A DNA stretch of 64,000 nucleotides from Ignavibacteriota bacterium (lineage in GTDB: Bacteria > Bacteroidota > Ignavibacteria > UBA10030), in assembly GCA_963701295.1 (NCBI GenBank), contig OY969585.1:2624001-2688000 (forward strand), written 5' to 3'. This document shows, piece by piece, positions 40,287 through 50,143 of this stretch. Within the stretch, counting starts at the first letter, position 1; the number at the start of each line of letters is the position of its first letter. The position numbers and the translations under genes are program-made. Under the pieces are notes generated by a model. It had not been told where the DNA came from. It did not search any database and saw nothing but the letters and a program-made list of their open reading frames with translations.

Positions 40287-41395
40287 TGAAAGATCCAATT
40301 TCAAAACGTATCGAACTCTGGTTTCGCAGGCTGATGATTCAATTGCTTGGGCGATTCTTCCAACGAAAGAATACTCTTCAAAGCAATATTGATTTTAATA
40401 CTTGCAAGTTTCTTTTTATGCGTCAGGACAGGATCGGCGACGTTCTGATTTCGACGCCTTTGTTTGGAGTTCTCAAAAAACATTATCCCCTCGCGATAGT
40501 AGACGTGCTCCTCAGTGAAAGCAATCATTTTGTTCTGGAACATAACCCACTGATTCGTAAACGTTGGATGTACAGAAAGAATATAGGAAAAATCATTTCC
40601 TTAATTCGAGCACTGAGAAACGAATCCTATGACTTCATTATCGATCTAATGGATAATCCCTCGACTACTTCAACTATTCTCTGTTTATTCATCAACGCAA
40701 AATGGAATGTGGGAGTTGACAAGGAAAATAGGTTTGTTTATGATATTATCGTGCCTATGCTTTCGCGCCGTGAGACACATATTATCGATAGGATTGCACA
40801 ATTGCTGATCCCTTTTCACATTGATCCTCGTGCAGAAATATTCGATGTTCGGTACTATACATCCTTTGAGTCTGAGGAATTCGTCGATCGTTTTTTGCGG
40901 CAAAACAACATGGTTTCTCATCCAATCATCGGTGTTAATATTTCTGCCGGCGGTAATGTACGATTTTGGGGTGTCAAGAATTTCAAAGAACTTCTGAATC
41001 ACTTACGAAACATGTATCCAGAATATAAGTTATTGTTACTCTATCAACCATCTGACGAGCAGCGTGCCCACTTGATAGCCGAATCTAATCAAAGTGTGAT
41101 ACTCTCACCTGTAACATCATCATTTGATCAATTCGCTGCATTCGTTAAACGATTGTCAATCTTAGTTACTCCAGATACAGCTGCTGTACATTTAGCATCT
41201 GCCTTCAAAGTCAGAACTGTTGTACTTTATATCCAATCAAACAAAGCGTTACGCATCTGGGAACCCTATAGGACTGACTATGAATGTATCGTAACAGATG
41301 TAGATGATCTATCGATGATTCCAGTCACACAAGTTCAAGATGCTTTGGGAAGACTTATTCGACGGCCTCATAAGAAAACTGAAATAGGTGTATAA
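40283..41395 (+). CDS. glycosyltransferase family 9 (heptosyltransferase-like)
   Basis: RQDRIGDVLISTP; VTPDTAAVHLASA. Confidence 0.9.
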   Translation: MMKDPISKRIELWFRRLMIQLLGRFFQRKNTLQSNIDFNTCKFLFMRQDRIGDVLISTPLFGVLKKHYPLAIVDVLLSESNHFVLEHNPLIRKRWMYRKNIGKIISLIRALRNESYDFIIDLMDNPSTTSTILCLFINAKWNVGVDKENRFVYDIIVPMLSRRETHIIDRIAQLLIPFHIDPRAEIFDVRYYTSFESEEFVDRFLRQNNMVSHPIIGVNISAGGNVRFWGVKNFKELLNHLRNMYPEYKLLLLYQPSDEQRAHLIAESNQSVILSPVTSSFDQFAAFVKRLSILVTPDTAAVHLASAFKVRTVVLYIQSNKALRIWEPYRTDYECIVTDVDDLSMIPVTQVQDALGRLIRRPHKKTEIGV

Positions 41396-41405
41396 GAATT
41401 AAAAC

Positions 41406-42569
41406 ATGAAAATGATCATAAAATTGGAATATTGGTGGAGACATCACATTGTCTATCCAGTCCTTCGAGGGATATTCCGTAACCCCGAAAAAAATATCCC
41501 TATTGATATCCAATCGATTAAGAGCATTCTCATTTTACGATATGACCGAATTGGAGATATGATTGTCACAACACCTATCTTCAAGAGTTTGAAAGATGTA
41601 AATCCTCATCTTCGAATCGGTGTCTTGGCGAGTCGGGCAAATGCTGAGATTATACGTCACAATCCTTATGTTGACAAAATCCATATTCTGTCAAAGCATT
41701 GGTGGCAGTTCTGGTGGGAAATCATCCAGGCACGGAAAGAGCAGTATAATGTTGTTCTTAATCTTGTTTTCAATAGAACAACGAGTGGAGGAGTTCTCGC
41801 TAATCTGGTTGCACCCGATGGAATAAAGATAGGGCAGGGGGATATAAAATACAGATTCTATTTCAACATCCTCCTCAAACTCAGTCGTCACAGTGATCAT
41901 ATGGTTGAAACTCTTGTATCGATCATCAAAATGGTGTTCAATGTCCATCTACACCTGGATCAATTAACATATGATATCATCATTGATCATAAGACAAGAG
42001 AGGTTATCCAAGCTTATTGGAAGAAACACAATCTTCAACCTCGTTTTCTTTCCTGGAACATAGGAATGCCCTATATTGTATTCAATCTTTCCGCTAATGA
42101 TTCGGTAAGAAAAATATCAGCTGAACAAGCTTTCTTGATCGGAGAATATCTTAGTTCGAATGCGTCATTTCAAACACTTCTTCTTCATGCTCCGAAGGAT
42201 TCGATTATGACAAAAACGAAGCAACTCCTTGTAGAGAAAACACGCTGTTTACCGTTTCCAGAACAAGGGACTGCTTCTTTGCTTGAAATCGCTGCACTAA
42301 TCAAAGGTGCAGCGGCTGTCATAACACCAGACACATCCATCGTCCACTTCGCATCGGCTGCCCAAACCCCTATCATCGGATTCTATACAAGCATGCAAGA
42401 TGTACACGAATGGCTGCCGTTTCAGGTAAAATATAAGATTGTTTTATCTGATAAAAATCAGGCGACATTTTCGATACCTTTTCAGGATATGAAGGTGGCA
42501 TTGCAAGAATTTATTTCATCGTTGCAATTGAAGAATATAAATATTTTACAGTCACGAGAAGAAGTCTAA
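41406..42569 (+). CDS. glycosyltransferase family 9
   Basis: RYDRIGDMIVTTP; ITPDTSIVHFASA. Confidence 0.9.
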   Translation: MKMIIKLEYWWRHHIVYPVLRGIFRNPEKNIPIDIQSIKSILILRYDRIGDMIVTTPIFKSLKDVNPHLRIGVLASRANAEIIRHNPYVDKIHILSKHWWQFWWEIIQARKEQYNVVLNLVFNRTTSGGVLANLVAPDGIKIGQGDIKYRFYFNILLKLSRHSDHMVETLVSIIKMVFNVHLHLDQLTYDIIIDHKTREVIQAYWKKHNLQPRFLSWNIGMPYIVFNLSANDSVRKISAEQAFLIGEYLSSNASFQTLLLHAPKDSIMTKTKQLLVEKTRCLPFPEQGTASLLEIAALIKGAAAVITPDTSIVHFASAAQTPIIGFYTSMQDVHEWLPFQVKYKIVLSDKNQATFSIPFQDMKVALQEFISSLQLKNINILQSREEV

Positions 42570-42573
42570 TGGT

Positions 42574-43797
42574 ATGAAATCTCCTTTTTCTATTGTTAGA
42601 AATTATTTTAAGGGCATACAACTGACACCGAATGACAAACTACCCATTCTCTGTTTTCACTTGTGTGCTCTTTTTATTATTCTCTCAATTGTGTTAGCAC
42701 AATTGTTTTCGTATCTCATCATCATTCTTGCAATGATTCAATTCATACAAAATCCAAAAAGAGTGAAAACACCATTTGATATTCCTTTTCTTCTATTTAT
42801 TGTCGTCAGAATATTTTCTGTTCTTTTTTCTACTGATATATTTATCAGTCTGCGTACCTTACACACAGAAATACCTTACTATGTTTTATTCTATGCACTT
42901 ACACAGCAGAGATCATTCATGCAAGAACGGTTGGTGCAATCTCTCTTGTGGATGTTCATTTTCGGGGCTGTCATCGGCTCTTGTTATGGAATAATGTCCG
43001 TTTTGTTGGGAATACAGGAGAGGGCGGCATCACTTACTTCAGGTTATTATACTTTTGGTTCATTCCTTACGGCGATCTTGGCAGTAATTTTGATATTGGG
43101 AAAATCGAAAATGTTCGATAAGAAACGATGGATTTGGTATGGTCTTATCATTGTCATTGCTACAGGACTCATTTTGACGCTGAATAGAATTCATTGGGGA
43201 ATTATGATTATTCTTCTTATTGGTATAGGAATTATCCAAGAAAGGAAGCTTTTGATAGCCATGATATTCTTGTTCGGATTTATGTTGTTATTTTCACCAT
43301 CGATCAGTAGGCGACTTGATCAGGTCATACATTTTAGCGAAAACCTCAGTGGGAGAGATGTTCTGTGGAAAGGTGCTTCGATGGTCTGGTTTAACCATCC
43401 TATACTCGGATATGGACCTGGTACTTTTACAGAAGTATTTCCAATTCATAACGATCTCAAGGATGCCAAAGTCGGAGGATGGCATAATGATTACATCCAA
43501 GTGAGCATAGAAAGCGGACTTCTCGGTCTGATGTCCTTTCTTTGGCTTCTCTACACAATCTATAGCAAAGCATTCATCAAATTGCGGAGAATGAGAGGGG
43601 ATAAAGAAAAAAAGAGAATACTGTTTGCACTCTTAGTAGGGATGAGCACAATTTTTATCTCTTCATTGACAGGAAGTGGATTTCTTGACATGCTGATTCG
43701 AATGATGTTTGTATTCCTTTTGGCGATGACAGCGTTCATGATGCAAATAGAAGAAGGTGTTACAGGTAATGCGCATGAGAATGCTGCTGTAATTTAA
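42574..43797 (+). CDS. O-antigen ligase family protein
   Basis: multi-TM; GRDVLW...HPILGYGPG...HNDYIQ..ESGLLG. Confidence 0.88.
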   Translation: MKSPFSIVRNYFKGIQLTPNDKLPILCFHLCALFIILSIVLAQLFSYLIIILAMIQFIQNPKRVKTPFDIPFLLFIVVRIFSVLFSTDIFISLRTLHTEIPYYVLFYALTQQRSFMQERLVQSLLWMFIFGAVIGSCYGIMSVLLGIQERAASLTSGYYTFGSFLTAILAVILILGKSKMFDKKRWIWYGLIIVIATGLILTLNRIHWGIMIILLIGIGIIQERKLLIAMIFLFGFMLLFSPSISRRLDQVIHFSENLSGRDVLWKGASMVWFNHPILGYGPGTFTEVFPIHNDLKDAKVGGWHNDYIQVSIESGLLGLMSFLWLLYTIYSKAFIKLRRMRGDKEKKRILFALLVGMSTIFISSLTGSGFLDMLIRMMFVFLLAMTAFMMQIEEGVTGNAHENAAVI

Positions 43798-44657
43798 ATT
43801 AGTTCATAGTTTTTATATTCTCCGATTCTCCATCCGCATCGCACTTCAATCAGATCAAGCAGTTTTTCCTTTAATGTCTGCTGTACTTTATTGTGTTCAT
43901 AACGAAAATGCCAATTCTGTTTGTGTACACGTTCACTCATCGCTGAAGGATGTATCCCTTCAAACAATTTTAGTTTTCCACCTTGACAATAATCGTATTC
44001 AACTATCTCGCCGATATGTTGATTCACCCACTCGTCTGAGTGCCAAAGTTTGTTGAAATATTTTTGTTTTAACTGCTGAATATCTGGAGGTTTCACCCAT
44101 CCATAGTGATAGACCGTCGCGTCTATCAGCTTTACGCGAAGCTTCCGTCCATCAATCCTAAATCCTTGGGCATCTCCCCACGAACGCACTTTGCTCGATG
44201 GTCGCACAACTCGAATTTCTCTTCGATACCAGCGCCGGGAATCACCGAGGTACTTGTAACTACCGTAAAAATGCTTGTAGTGAAAAAGTAATCCTTCCAC
44301 TTTGTTCATGTTCTGGTAGAGAGTCATTGCATCCTCAATGGTTGGGTAATCTTTTTCGTGCAGCACTTCATCTGCTTGAAGATAAAGAGCCCAATCGCCG
44401 GCGACTTGATCAAGTGCAAGGTTTGTTTGTTGGGAAAGAATTGCCCCGCTTGTACGGAGAGAATCATCCCATACCGTTTCAAGTATTCGGACTTTGGAAG
44501 ATTGAAGAGATTTGATTTGTTCCAGAGTGTTATCATCCGACCGACCAACGGCGACAATCACTTCATCGCATAACGGAAGGAGAGAATTAATGGATTCAAG
44601 AAAAGGATAATCGTAGATCACACCATTACAAACGAATGTGAACCCAACGATCTTCAT
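43794..44657 (-). CDS. glycosyltransferase family 2
   Basis: GFTFV..G..YDYPFLESI, YLQADEV, HYGWVKPP. Confidence 0.85.
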   Translation of the reverse strand: MKIVGFTFVCNGVIYDYPFLESINSLLPLCDEVIVAVGRSDDNTLEQIKSLQSSKVRILETVWDDSLRTSGAILSQQTNLALDQVAGDWALYLQADEVLHEKDYPTIEDAMTLYQNMNKVEGLLFHYKHFYGSYKYLGDSRRWYRREIRVVRPSSKVRSWGDAQGFRIDGRKLRVKLIDATVYHYGWVKPPDIQQLKQKYFNKLWHSDEWVNQHIGEIVEYDYCQGGKLKLFEGIHPSAMSERVHKQNWHFRYEHNKVQQTLKEKLLDLIEVRCGWRIGEYKNYELI

Positions 44658-44670
44658 TGCTCACGTTCCA

Positions 44671-45561
44671 TCAGAGAATGAACCCTATAGAAATAATATG
44701 AGCTGTTCCCATTTGTGATGAAGAGGGAAGAAAAGCGTAATCGATCATGGCTATACTATATCGTAGTCCAACACCGGCAGAGAAACTGCGATACTCATAC
44801 CCTGTTTCATAACCGAAACGAACTGTCATTGCGTCATTGTATGTGGCTTCAGTACCTATACTAATATGACGAACAGATATGCCTAATTCAGAAGAAAAAG
44901 CTGCAGCGGTTCGGAAAGAGACTACATCCAAAGAGAATGAATATGTTCCGCCGAATCGAAGCTGAGAAGGCAAATCTGTTCGTTCGTTTCGGAATGCAGA
45001 AAGAGAACCCAAATTCGTTAGCGCAAATCCAAGAGTGAGCCCCTCAACAGATGGAGCATACAGTGTGCCTATGTCAATTCCCCATCCAGTCGATTCATCT
45101 ATAAAGATTTTTTCATAGATGTACTTTGGAGTGATGCCAAGGCTAATGGTTTCTGTTACTTTGATACCATACGTTAACTGGAAGGATGTGGATTGAGTGT
45201 TGAATGTCCCGATCGGGGGACCAGGGATCGTACGTAATTCGAGCCCATCTACGCTTGTATTCGCTATAGAAAGAGCTAGTGAACCATATCGAAATGGTGC
45301 TGCAATAGATAAAAAGTCTGTACGAACATCTTGGATCCATTCTGTGTGAGAGAACATTATTCCATACGATTCGCATGAAGCGCTATTTGCTGGATTGATT
45401 AAGATAGATTGAAGCGCTGTAGGATCAGCAATAAAGGATTCACCTGTGGCTCCAATGAAAGGAGTTGTCGGTAACTTTAAACTCGCAACACCACGGGAAG
45501 TTCCTTGAGAGAGAACAATCGTTGGAAAAAGAATGAATGCTAAAAGAATTTTTGGCTTCAT
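44671..45561 (-). CDS. PorV/PorQ family outer membrane protein
   Basis: signal peptide, INPA motif, SHTEW, DIGTLY, MIDYAF, C-terminal ISIGF. Confidence 0.78.
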   Translation of the reverse strand: MKPKILLAFILFPTIVLSQGTSRGVASLKLPTTPFIGATGESFIADPTALQSILINPANSASCESYGIMFSHTEWIQDVRTDFLSIAAPFRYGSLALSIANTSVDGLELRTIPGPPIGTFNTQSTSFQLTYGIKVTETISLGITPKYIYEKIFIDESTGWGIDIGTLYAPSVEGLTLGFALTNLGSLSAFRNERTDLPSQLRFGGTYSFSLDVVSFRTAAAFSSELGISVRHISIGTEATYNDAMTVRFGYETGYEYRSFSAGVGLRYSIAMIDYAFLPSSSQMGTAHIISIGFIL

Positions 45562-46532
45562 TAGAATTTCAAAGAAAATGAGAGAATGTGAATGCCGCTT
45601 GGACTATAAGGCTCAAACACATAGGCATATTGAAAAGCAGGTGTCCATGTTGAAAGTTTTGTCTGAATGGATATACCCACTGAAGGTTTTGCAGGCATAT
45701 CTGCGTTCAATGCAATCTGATCTATGCCGCCTCGGATATGGATGCCATCATACACTTCAAGTTCTGAACCGATACGAAAAAATTCTGCGGAGCCGATCGC
45801 CTCGAACTCACCAGACACTAAAAAAGAATATTTTAATGGAGACCAACTTATGCCGATTCGTTTCCTTAGCGGAAATCGTTCCATGCTGGAATTACCGTCT
45901 ATTCCATACAACGGAGAAGTGTCCCATGTATACTTTGCATTGATATCCTGCACAACAGCCCCAAGAGTAAATTCATCAGTGAGGAGATAGAGTACGCCAA
46001 TGTCTAATGCCGCTGTTGTGCTTTTCATACCTTCAACAAAATTGTAATATAAGACTTTTAAAGTAATGCCGAGTGAAAATTTAGGAACAGGCTGCAACCC
46101 GAAGCTAAACATGAACGAGTTCTCTGATGTACTATACGTTTGTGTATGAACGCCATCTTCGTCTCTGCCATCAATGTTTCCAACTCCAGCGTTGATAAGA
46201 GATAATGAAATCCCTGCATTCGGTTTCAAACTTTGTGTATAACTTAGATAGTTCAGTCCTCGATCGAGAGAAAGGACGCCATAAGCTGCAATAGCCGTTG
46301 GTGTAGACTCAAAAGGCAATGCCGCAGGATTGTAGTATGCTTGTATGTCACCATTGATGACAGCAGTCATTGCATTTCCCATTGCAATTCCGCGTGCGCC
46401 AAATCCCATACGCATCGGAGCACCGGCAAGTCCTCCAATGGAAGAACTACTTTGTTGTTGGGTAAAGACGATGTTCCAAAATATTATTGAAAGAATAACA
46501 GTCGATATGCTATATCGGGAAGAGAAGTTCAT
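45561..46532 (-). CDS. PorV/PorQ family outer membrane protein
   Basis: GFGARGIAMGNA...YYNPAAL; terminal SFSLKF; ATGA overlap with upstream gene. Confidence 0.8.
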   Translation of the reverse strand: MNFSSRYSISTVILSIIFWNIVFTQQQSSSSIGGLAGAPMRMGFGARGIAMGNAMTAVINGDIQAYYNPAALPFESTPTAIAAYGVLSLDRGLNYLSYTQSLKPNAGISLSLINAGVGNIDGRDEDGVHTQTYSTSENSFMFSFGLQPVPKFSLGITLKVLYYNFVEGMKSTTAALDIGVLYLLTDEFTLGAVVQDINAKYTWDTSPLYGIDGNSSMERFPLRKRIGISWSPLKYSFLVSGEFEAIGSAEFFRIGSELEVYDGIHIRGGIDQIALNADMPAKPSVGISIQTKLSTWTPAFQYAYVFEPYSPSGIHILSFSLKF

Positions 46533-48079
46533 TTCAACACCAATATTTTTCCCCATATTGGTGCTTGATCAGTTATCTCAACGCGATAAAAATAAACACC
46601 ATTTGCCACTATAGAACGATTATCATTTTTTCCGTCCCAGATTTCGTCATATTCTTTTCCATTCAAACGTGATGCGTTCTGAATAAGTGTGCGAACGGGT
46701 TGCATTGCATAATCAAAAATACGAATAGTTATATTTTTGAATCCAGAATTTGTGGTACCGAGGCTGTAGTGAAGACGAACAGGCTCATTGTTCGGGGAAA
46801 AAGGATTGGGGAATGAATATGTTTTTTTGTTGTTTGCAACTTGTTCCGCTGTGCGGAAGATGCGCCATGTAGAACCAAATGGACGTGAAGGCGAATCGAT
46901 TGTATACGCAATTCCTTCTGGTCCCCCGTACCATACGGTATCTCCCTTAACGCCAACGCCATAGCATTCTGTTGAAACGAAACGCTGCAAGCTGGTTGTA
47001 TCGTAGATAGAGCCGCTTCGAACCCAACTCTCTCCGGAATCAGAAGATCGGAAGAGTCCATTGTCAGTTGCAATATAAACCAAAGAATCTTTGAAAGCGA
47101 TATTATGAGCCCATTCGCCAAGCAATGTGGTTTTCCAAGTTTCGCCGTCATCCTCAGAAAAACTTACACCTTTAATTTCATCGGGGTCGACCGCATTCAA
47201 TGTTGATGCCCAAATAATATTATGCCAGTGCTGCTCCGAAATCGCTGTAACCCAATTGCCTGAGATGGGATGGATCTGGTTTTGATGAGAAAACTTTCGC
47301 CAACTTATTCCACCATCAGTGGATTTGTTAATTCCACCAGCAGTTCCGACCCAAATCGTACTATCGCTGTTTGCATAAACAGAAAAGACTAAATGATTAT
47401 TATTTGCCGTGAGACCCAGACGTCCCGCTGACGGTGATAGATCAAATGCAAAATTAAGTGAATCACTTGGCTTAATAGAATCAAGACTATCTGGAGGAAG
47501 AATAACGCGTGTCCATGTACTGCCAAAATCAGTCGATTTGCGAAGCATGCCAGCCCAGCTTGCGGTCCATACAGTGTTTTTTGTCAAAGCGATGTCGAAG
47601 GTAATGTTTTGCTGTGGCACAGTAATACACATAGCAAGAATTTTGTTGCTTCCATAACTCAATGTATCTACAGTCCCTTGGTCAACAGGTTGAGGAATGA
47701 AAGACCATGTAGTTCCATGATCAGTCGAATAATGTAGTCCACCACCGGTCTGCACATCCTCATCACCTAATTTTGTGGTATACCCTGTAGCAACCCAAAT
47801 GTCGTTATCTTTTATTGCAATTGCAGAGATACCTTTATTATCAAAGGTGGAAGTACCAGAAAAATTCGTCCAGGTTGTTCCTCCGTTGGAGGTAAAGCTT
47901 AACCCTTTTTCCGTTCCGAACCAAACTGTATCTTGTTGAACGAGTATATCATCAACAGAATTTGTGAGTGGTAGTGGACTAGTAGGAATGGAATTAAAGC
48001 GAAAGGTTTTCGGAAGTTGGGCAACAGCACTAACTCCAGAGATGTAAACTCCAAAAAGTATAAAAACGAACTTATTCAA
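46529..48079 (-). CDS. secreted BNR/Asp-box beta-propeller protein with T9SS-like (FlgD-Ig) C-terminal domain
   Basis: repeated S.D.G.TW boxes; YSFPNPF...IFD...VRTL...WDGKND...ANGVYFYRV...KILVLK. Confidence 0.85.
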   Translation of the reverse strand: MNKFVFILFGVYISGVSAVAQLPKTFRFNSIPTSPLPLTNSVDDILVQQDTVWFGTEKGLSFTSNGGTTWTNFSGTSTFDNKGISAIAIKDNDIWVATGYTTKLGDEDVQTGGGLHYSTDHGTTWSFIPQPVDQGTVDTLSYGSNKILAMCITVPQQNITFDIALTKNTVWTASWAGMLRKSTDFGSTWTRVILPPDSLDSIKPSDSLNFAFDLSPSAGRLGLTANNNHLVFSVYANSDSTIWVGTAGGINKSTDGGISWRKFSHQNQIHPISGNWVTAISEQHWHNIIWASTLNAVDPDEIKGVSFSEDDGETWKTTLLGEWAHNIAFKDSLVYIATDNGLFRSSDSGESWVRSGSIYDTTSLQRFVSTECYGVGVKGDTVWYGGPEGIAYTIDSPSRPFGSTWRIFRTAEQVANNKKTYSFPNPFSPNNEPVRLHYSLGTTNSGFKNITIRIFDYAMQPVRTLIQNASRLNGKEYDEIWDGKNDNRSIVANGVYFYRVEITDQAPIWGKILVLK

Positions 48080-48893
48080 TTTGTATCACATTTGTTATCA
48101 CAATGGTCTTTATTAATATATTGCTTGTATCATTTGATCGATCAACCGCACAAAACCGAAATGTATATGGACCAAGACTTGGTGGTGGATTCAGGCTAAC
48201 TTGTTCCGTATAGATACTATCATTTATAGCATATAATTGTAGTTTTTTGCCGCTTGGTGTGAATCTTAAAACAGACTTAATATCACCTTGTCCGTCGGGA
48301 TTGAGAACCTTTAAACTGTTCTCAAATGTGGTCGTAGTCGAAAGATTGATCGTATCTGGAGAAATAAGATCAGAAATGACAGGTGGGTGATTTATTCGTA
48401 CGATCGTTAGAGGCAATAGAATAGTATTGCTTAAATCTCCTGTTTGGTTCTCGCTCCAAAGTGATAATGTCAGTTTCCCTACCAGTACGCGTTCAAACTG
48501 AAATTGAACGTACCCAGAATAAATGCTGTCATCTGCAATTTGATCTGGCGGAATTCCTTCATCATTGAGAAGTCCTGTTCCTAATATGGTCGAAGAATCA
48601 TCAACCATAACAGAGTACTTGACCGCAGATATTGCTTTCTTTCCTTCAAGATGGAAAACTTTTATTGTAACGATTCCTTCAATGGTGAGCAAATCATTTG
48701 CTTTTCGTTCGATTCCAACGTTCATAGTGTCTGTATTGATGATGCTCAGAGAAGATGTGGCATTAGATACAAAAGGTGCGTTGCCAGCTGAATTGATCAC
48801 AGTGTCGTATTTCTTTTCACAACCTGAAAGGAAGATACAGCTGAGACCAACAGCGAAAGGAAATAGAAATATTTTGCGTAGCAACTGACGCAC
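48072..48893 (-). CDS. hypothetical lipoprotein
   Basis: lipobox LSGC; LNDEG..PDQIADDSIYSG motif. Confidence 0.7.
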   Translation of the reverse strand: MRQLLRKIFLFPFAVGLSCIFLSGCEKKYDTVINSAGNAPFVSNATSSLSIINTDTMNVGIERKANDLLTIEGIVTIKVFHLEGKKAISAVKYSVMVDDSSTILGTGLLNDEGIPPDQIADDSIYSGYVQFQFERVLVGKLTLSLWSENQTGDLSNTILLPLTIVRINHPPVISDLISPDTINLSTTTTFENSLKVLNPDGQGDIKSVLRFTPSGKKLQLYAINDSIYTEQVSLNPPPSLGPYTFRFCAVDRSNDTSNILIKTIVITNVIQIE

Positions 48894-49030
48894 TGATTGC
48901 TTTCTTACTGTTCTATGAGCAAAATAAAAATTATAGCAATCGTCTATCAGTCAGCCTTTATAAATGAAGAGATTCAATCAACTACATCTAAGATATAAAA
49001 TAATATTGAAAAATTCAAATATCTAGAAGC

Positions 49031-50089
49031 CTATATAGTGAGTGGATTCAATGAAAAAGAGAGAATAAAAATGACGATACAGAACCATCCGATTGCCATT
49101 CGTTTTGAATCAAGAGGTGTCTCGTCAGATACAGGCGGATGGTACAATTTAATGATGTAGAGCGCAATCATTGCCCAGAAAAACCAAGCGGACCAGCTAT
49201 ATTGAGCGAAGGGTATAATTTGACCAACGTCATGTTTATAAACAAATTCAAATAACGTTCTCAGAATTGTGTCAGAGAGCGATGGTACACTGAATGCAAG
49301 AAGAGCGTAGAATGATATCCGTGCAATTTTCCGATGGAGTTCTCCGAACATTGTGTATATCACATGTCCACCATCGAACTGGCCCATCGGAATGAGATTC
49401 AAAGCTGTAACGAACAGGCCAAACCAGCCGGCGCAAAGAAAAGGATAATGGTACATCTCGCTCATAGGCGGAACGAATTGAAGCGAAGGGTTTGTCAGCA
49501 GGTCTTTCAAACCAGAATAGAGAAGTGTGTTTCCGAATGCAAGCGGCATCCCATGAGCGCCAGCTGATGCATTGATGGCAAAATTATAGTCTGGGTGAAT
49601 AGCAAGTATAAATTCCGGAGATGGCAGATGGAGAAAACCGTAAACGAGAACCAACAGGGAAGCGATGAACCCTGCAATAGGTCCTGCAACGCCGATATCA
49701 AACATTACTTTTTTTGATGGAATGATGGTCTTTGTTCGAATGACTGCGCCAAACGTACCGAAATTCAAGAATAGTTGCAGTAAAACAGGAATGGGCGGAA
49801 AAGGAATGAAATATGGCAATGTTGCGTTCACTTTATGGTATCGAGAAGCAAAGTAGTGCCCGAATTCATGACTGGCAAGGATGAACAAAATGGCGGCAGA
49901 GTAAGGAATGCCGAGATGAAAGTTGCTGAGTTCAAATGGGTCTTGATTCAGCCATAGGACACCGGCAACAGTGGTAGTAAAAAATGTAAGTATAAATAAC
50001 CCAAAGTGAAAGAACCAACGGAACACTATGGCGATTCTCTTACAATTTTCCTTATGGATATTCATTGTTTGATCTTGATGAGAATCCAT
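49031..50089 (-). CDS. site-2 protease (M50) family protein
   Basis: HEFGH, GTFGAVI, AGPIAG, NLIPMGQFDGGH. Confidence 0.92.
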   Translation of the reverse strand: MDSHQDQTMNIHKENCKRIAIVFRWFFHFGLFILTFFTTTVAGVLWLNQDPFELSNFHLGIPYSAAILFILASHEFGHYFASRYHKVNATLPYFIPFPPIPVLLQLFLNFGTFGAVIRTKTIIPSKKVMFDIGVAGPIAGFIASLLVLVYGFLHLPSPEFILAIHPDYNFAINASAGAHGMPLAFGNTLLYSGLKDLLTNPSLQFVPPMSEMYHYPFLCAGWFGLFVTALNLIPMGQFDGGHVIYTMFGELHRKIARISFYALLAFSVPSLSDTILRTLFEFVYKHDVGQIIPFAQYSWSAWFFWAMIALYIIKLYHPPVSDETPLDSKRMAIGWFCIVIFILSFSLNPLTI

Positions 50090-50143
50090 CGTTTCCTTGC
50101 TGTAAATACTTATGAAAGATAAATAAACTTCTTTTCACTTTTA

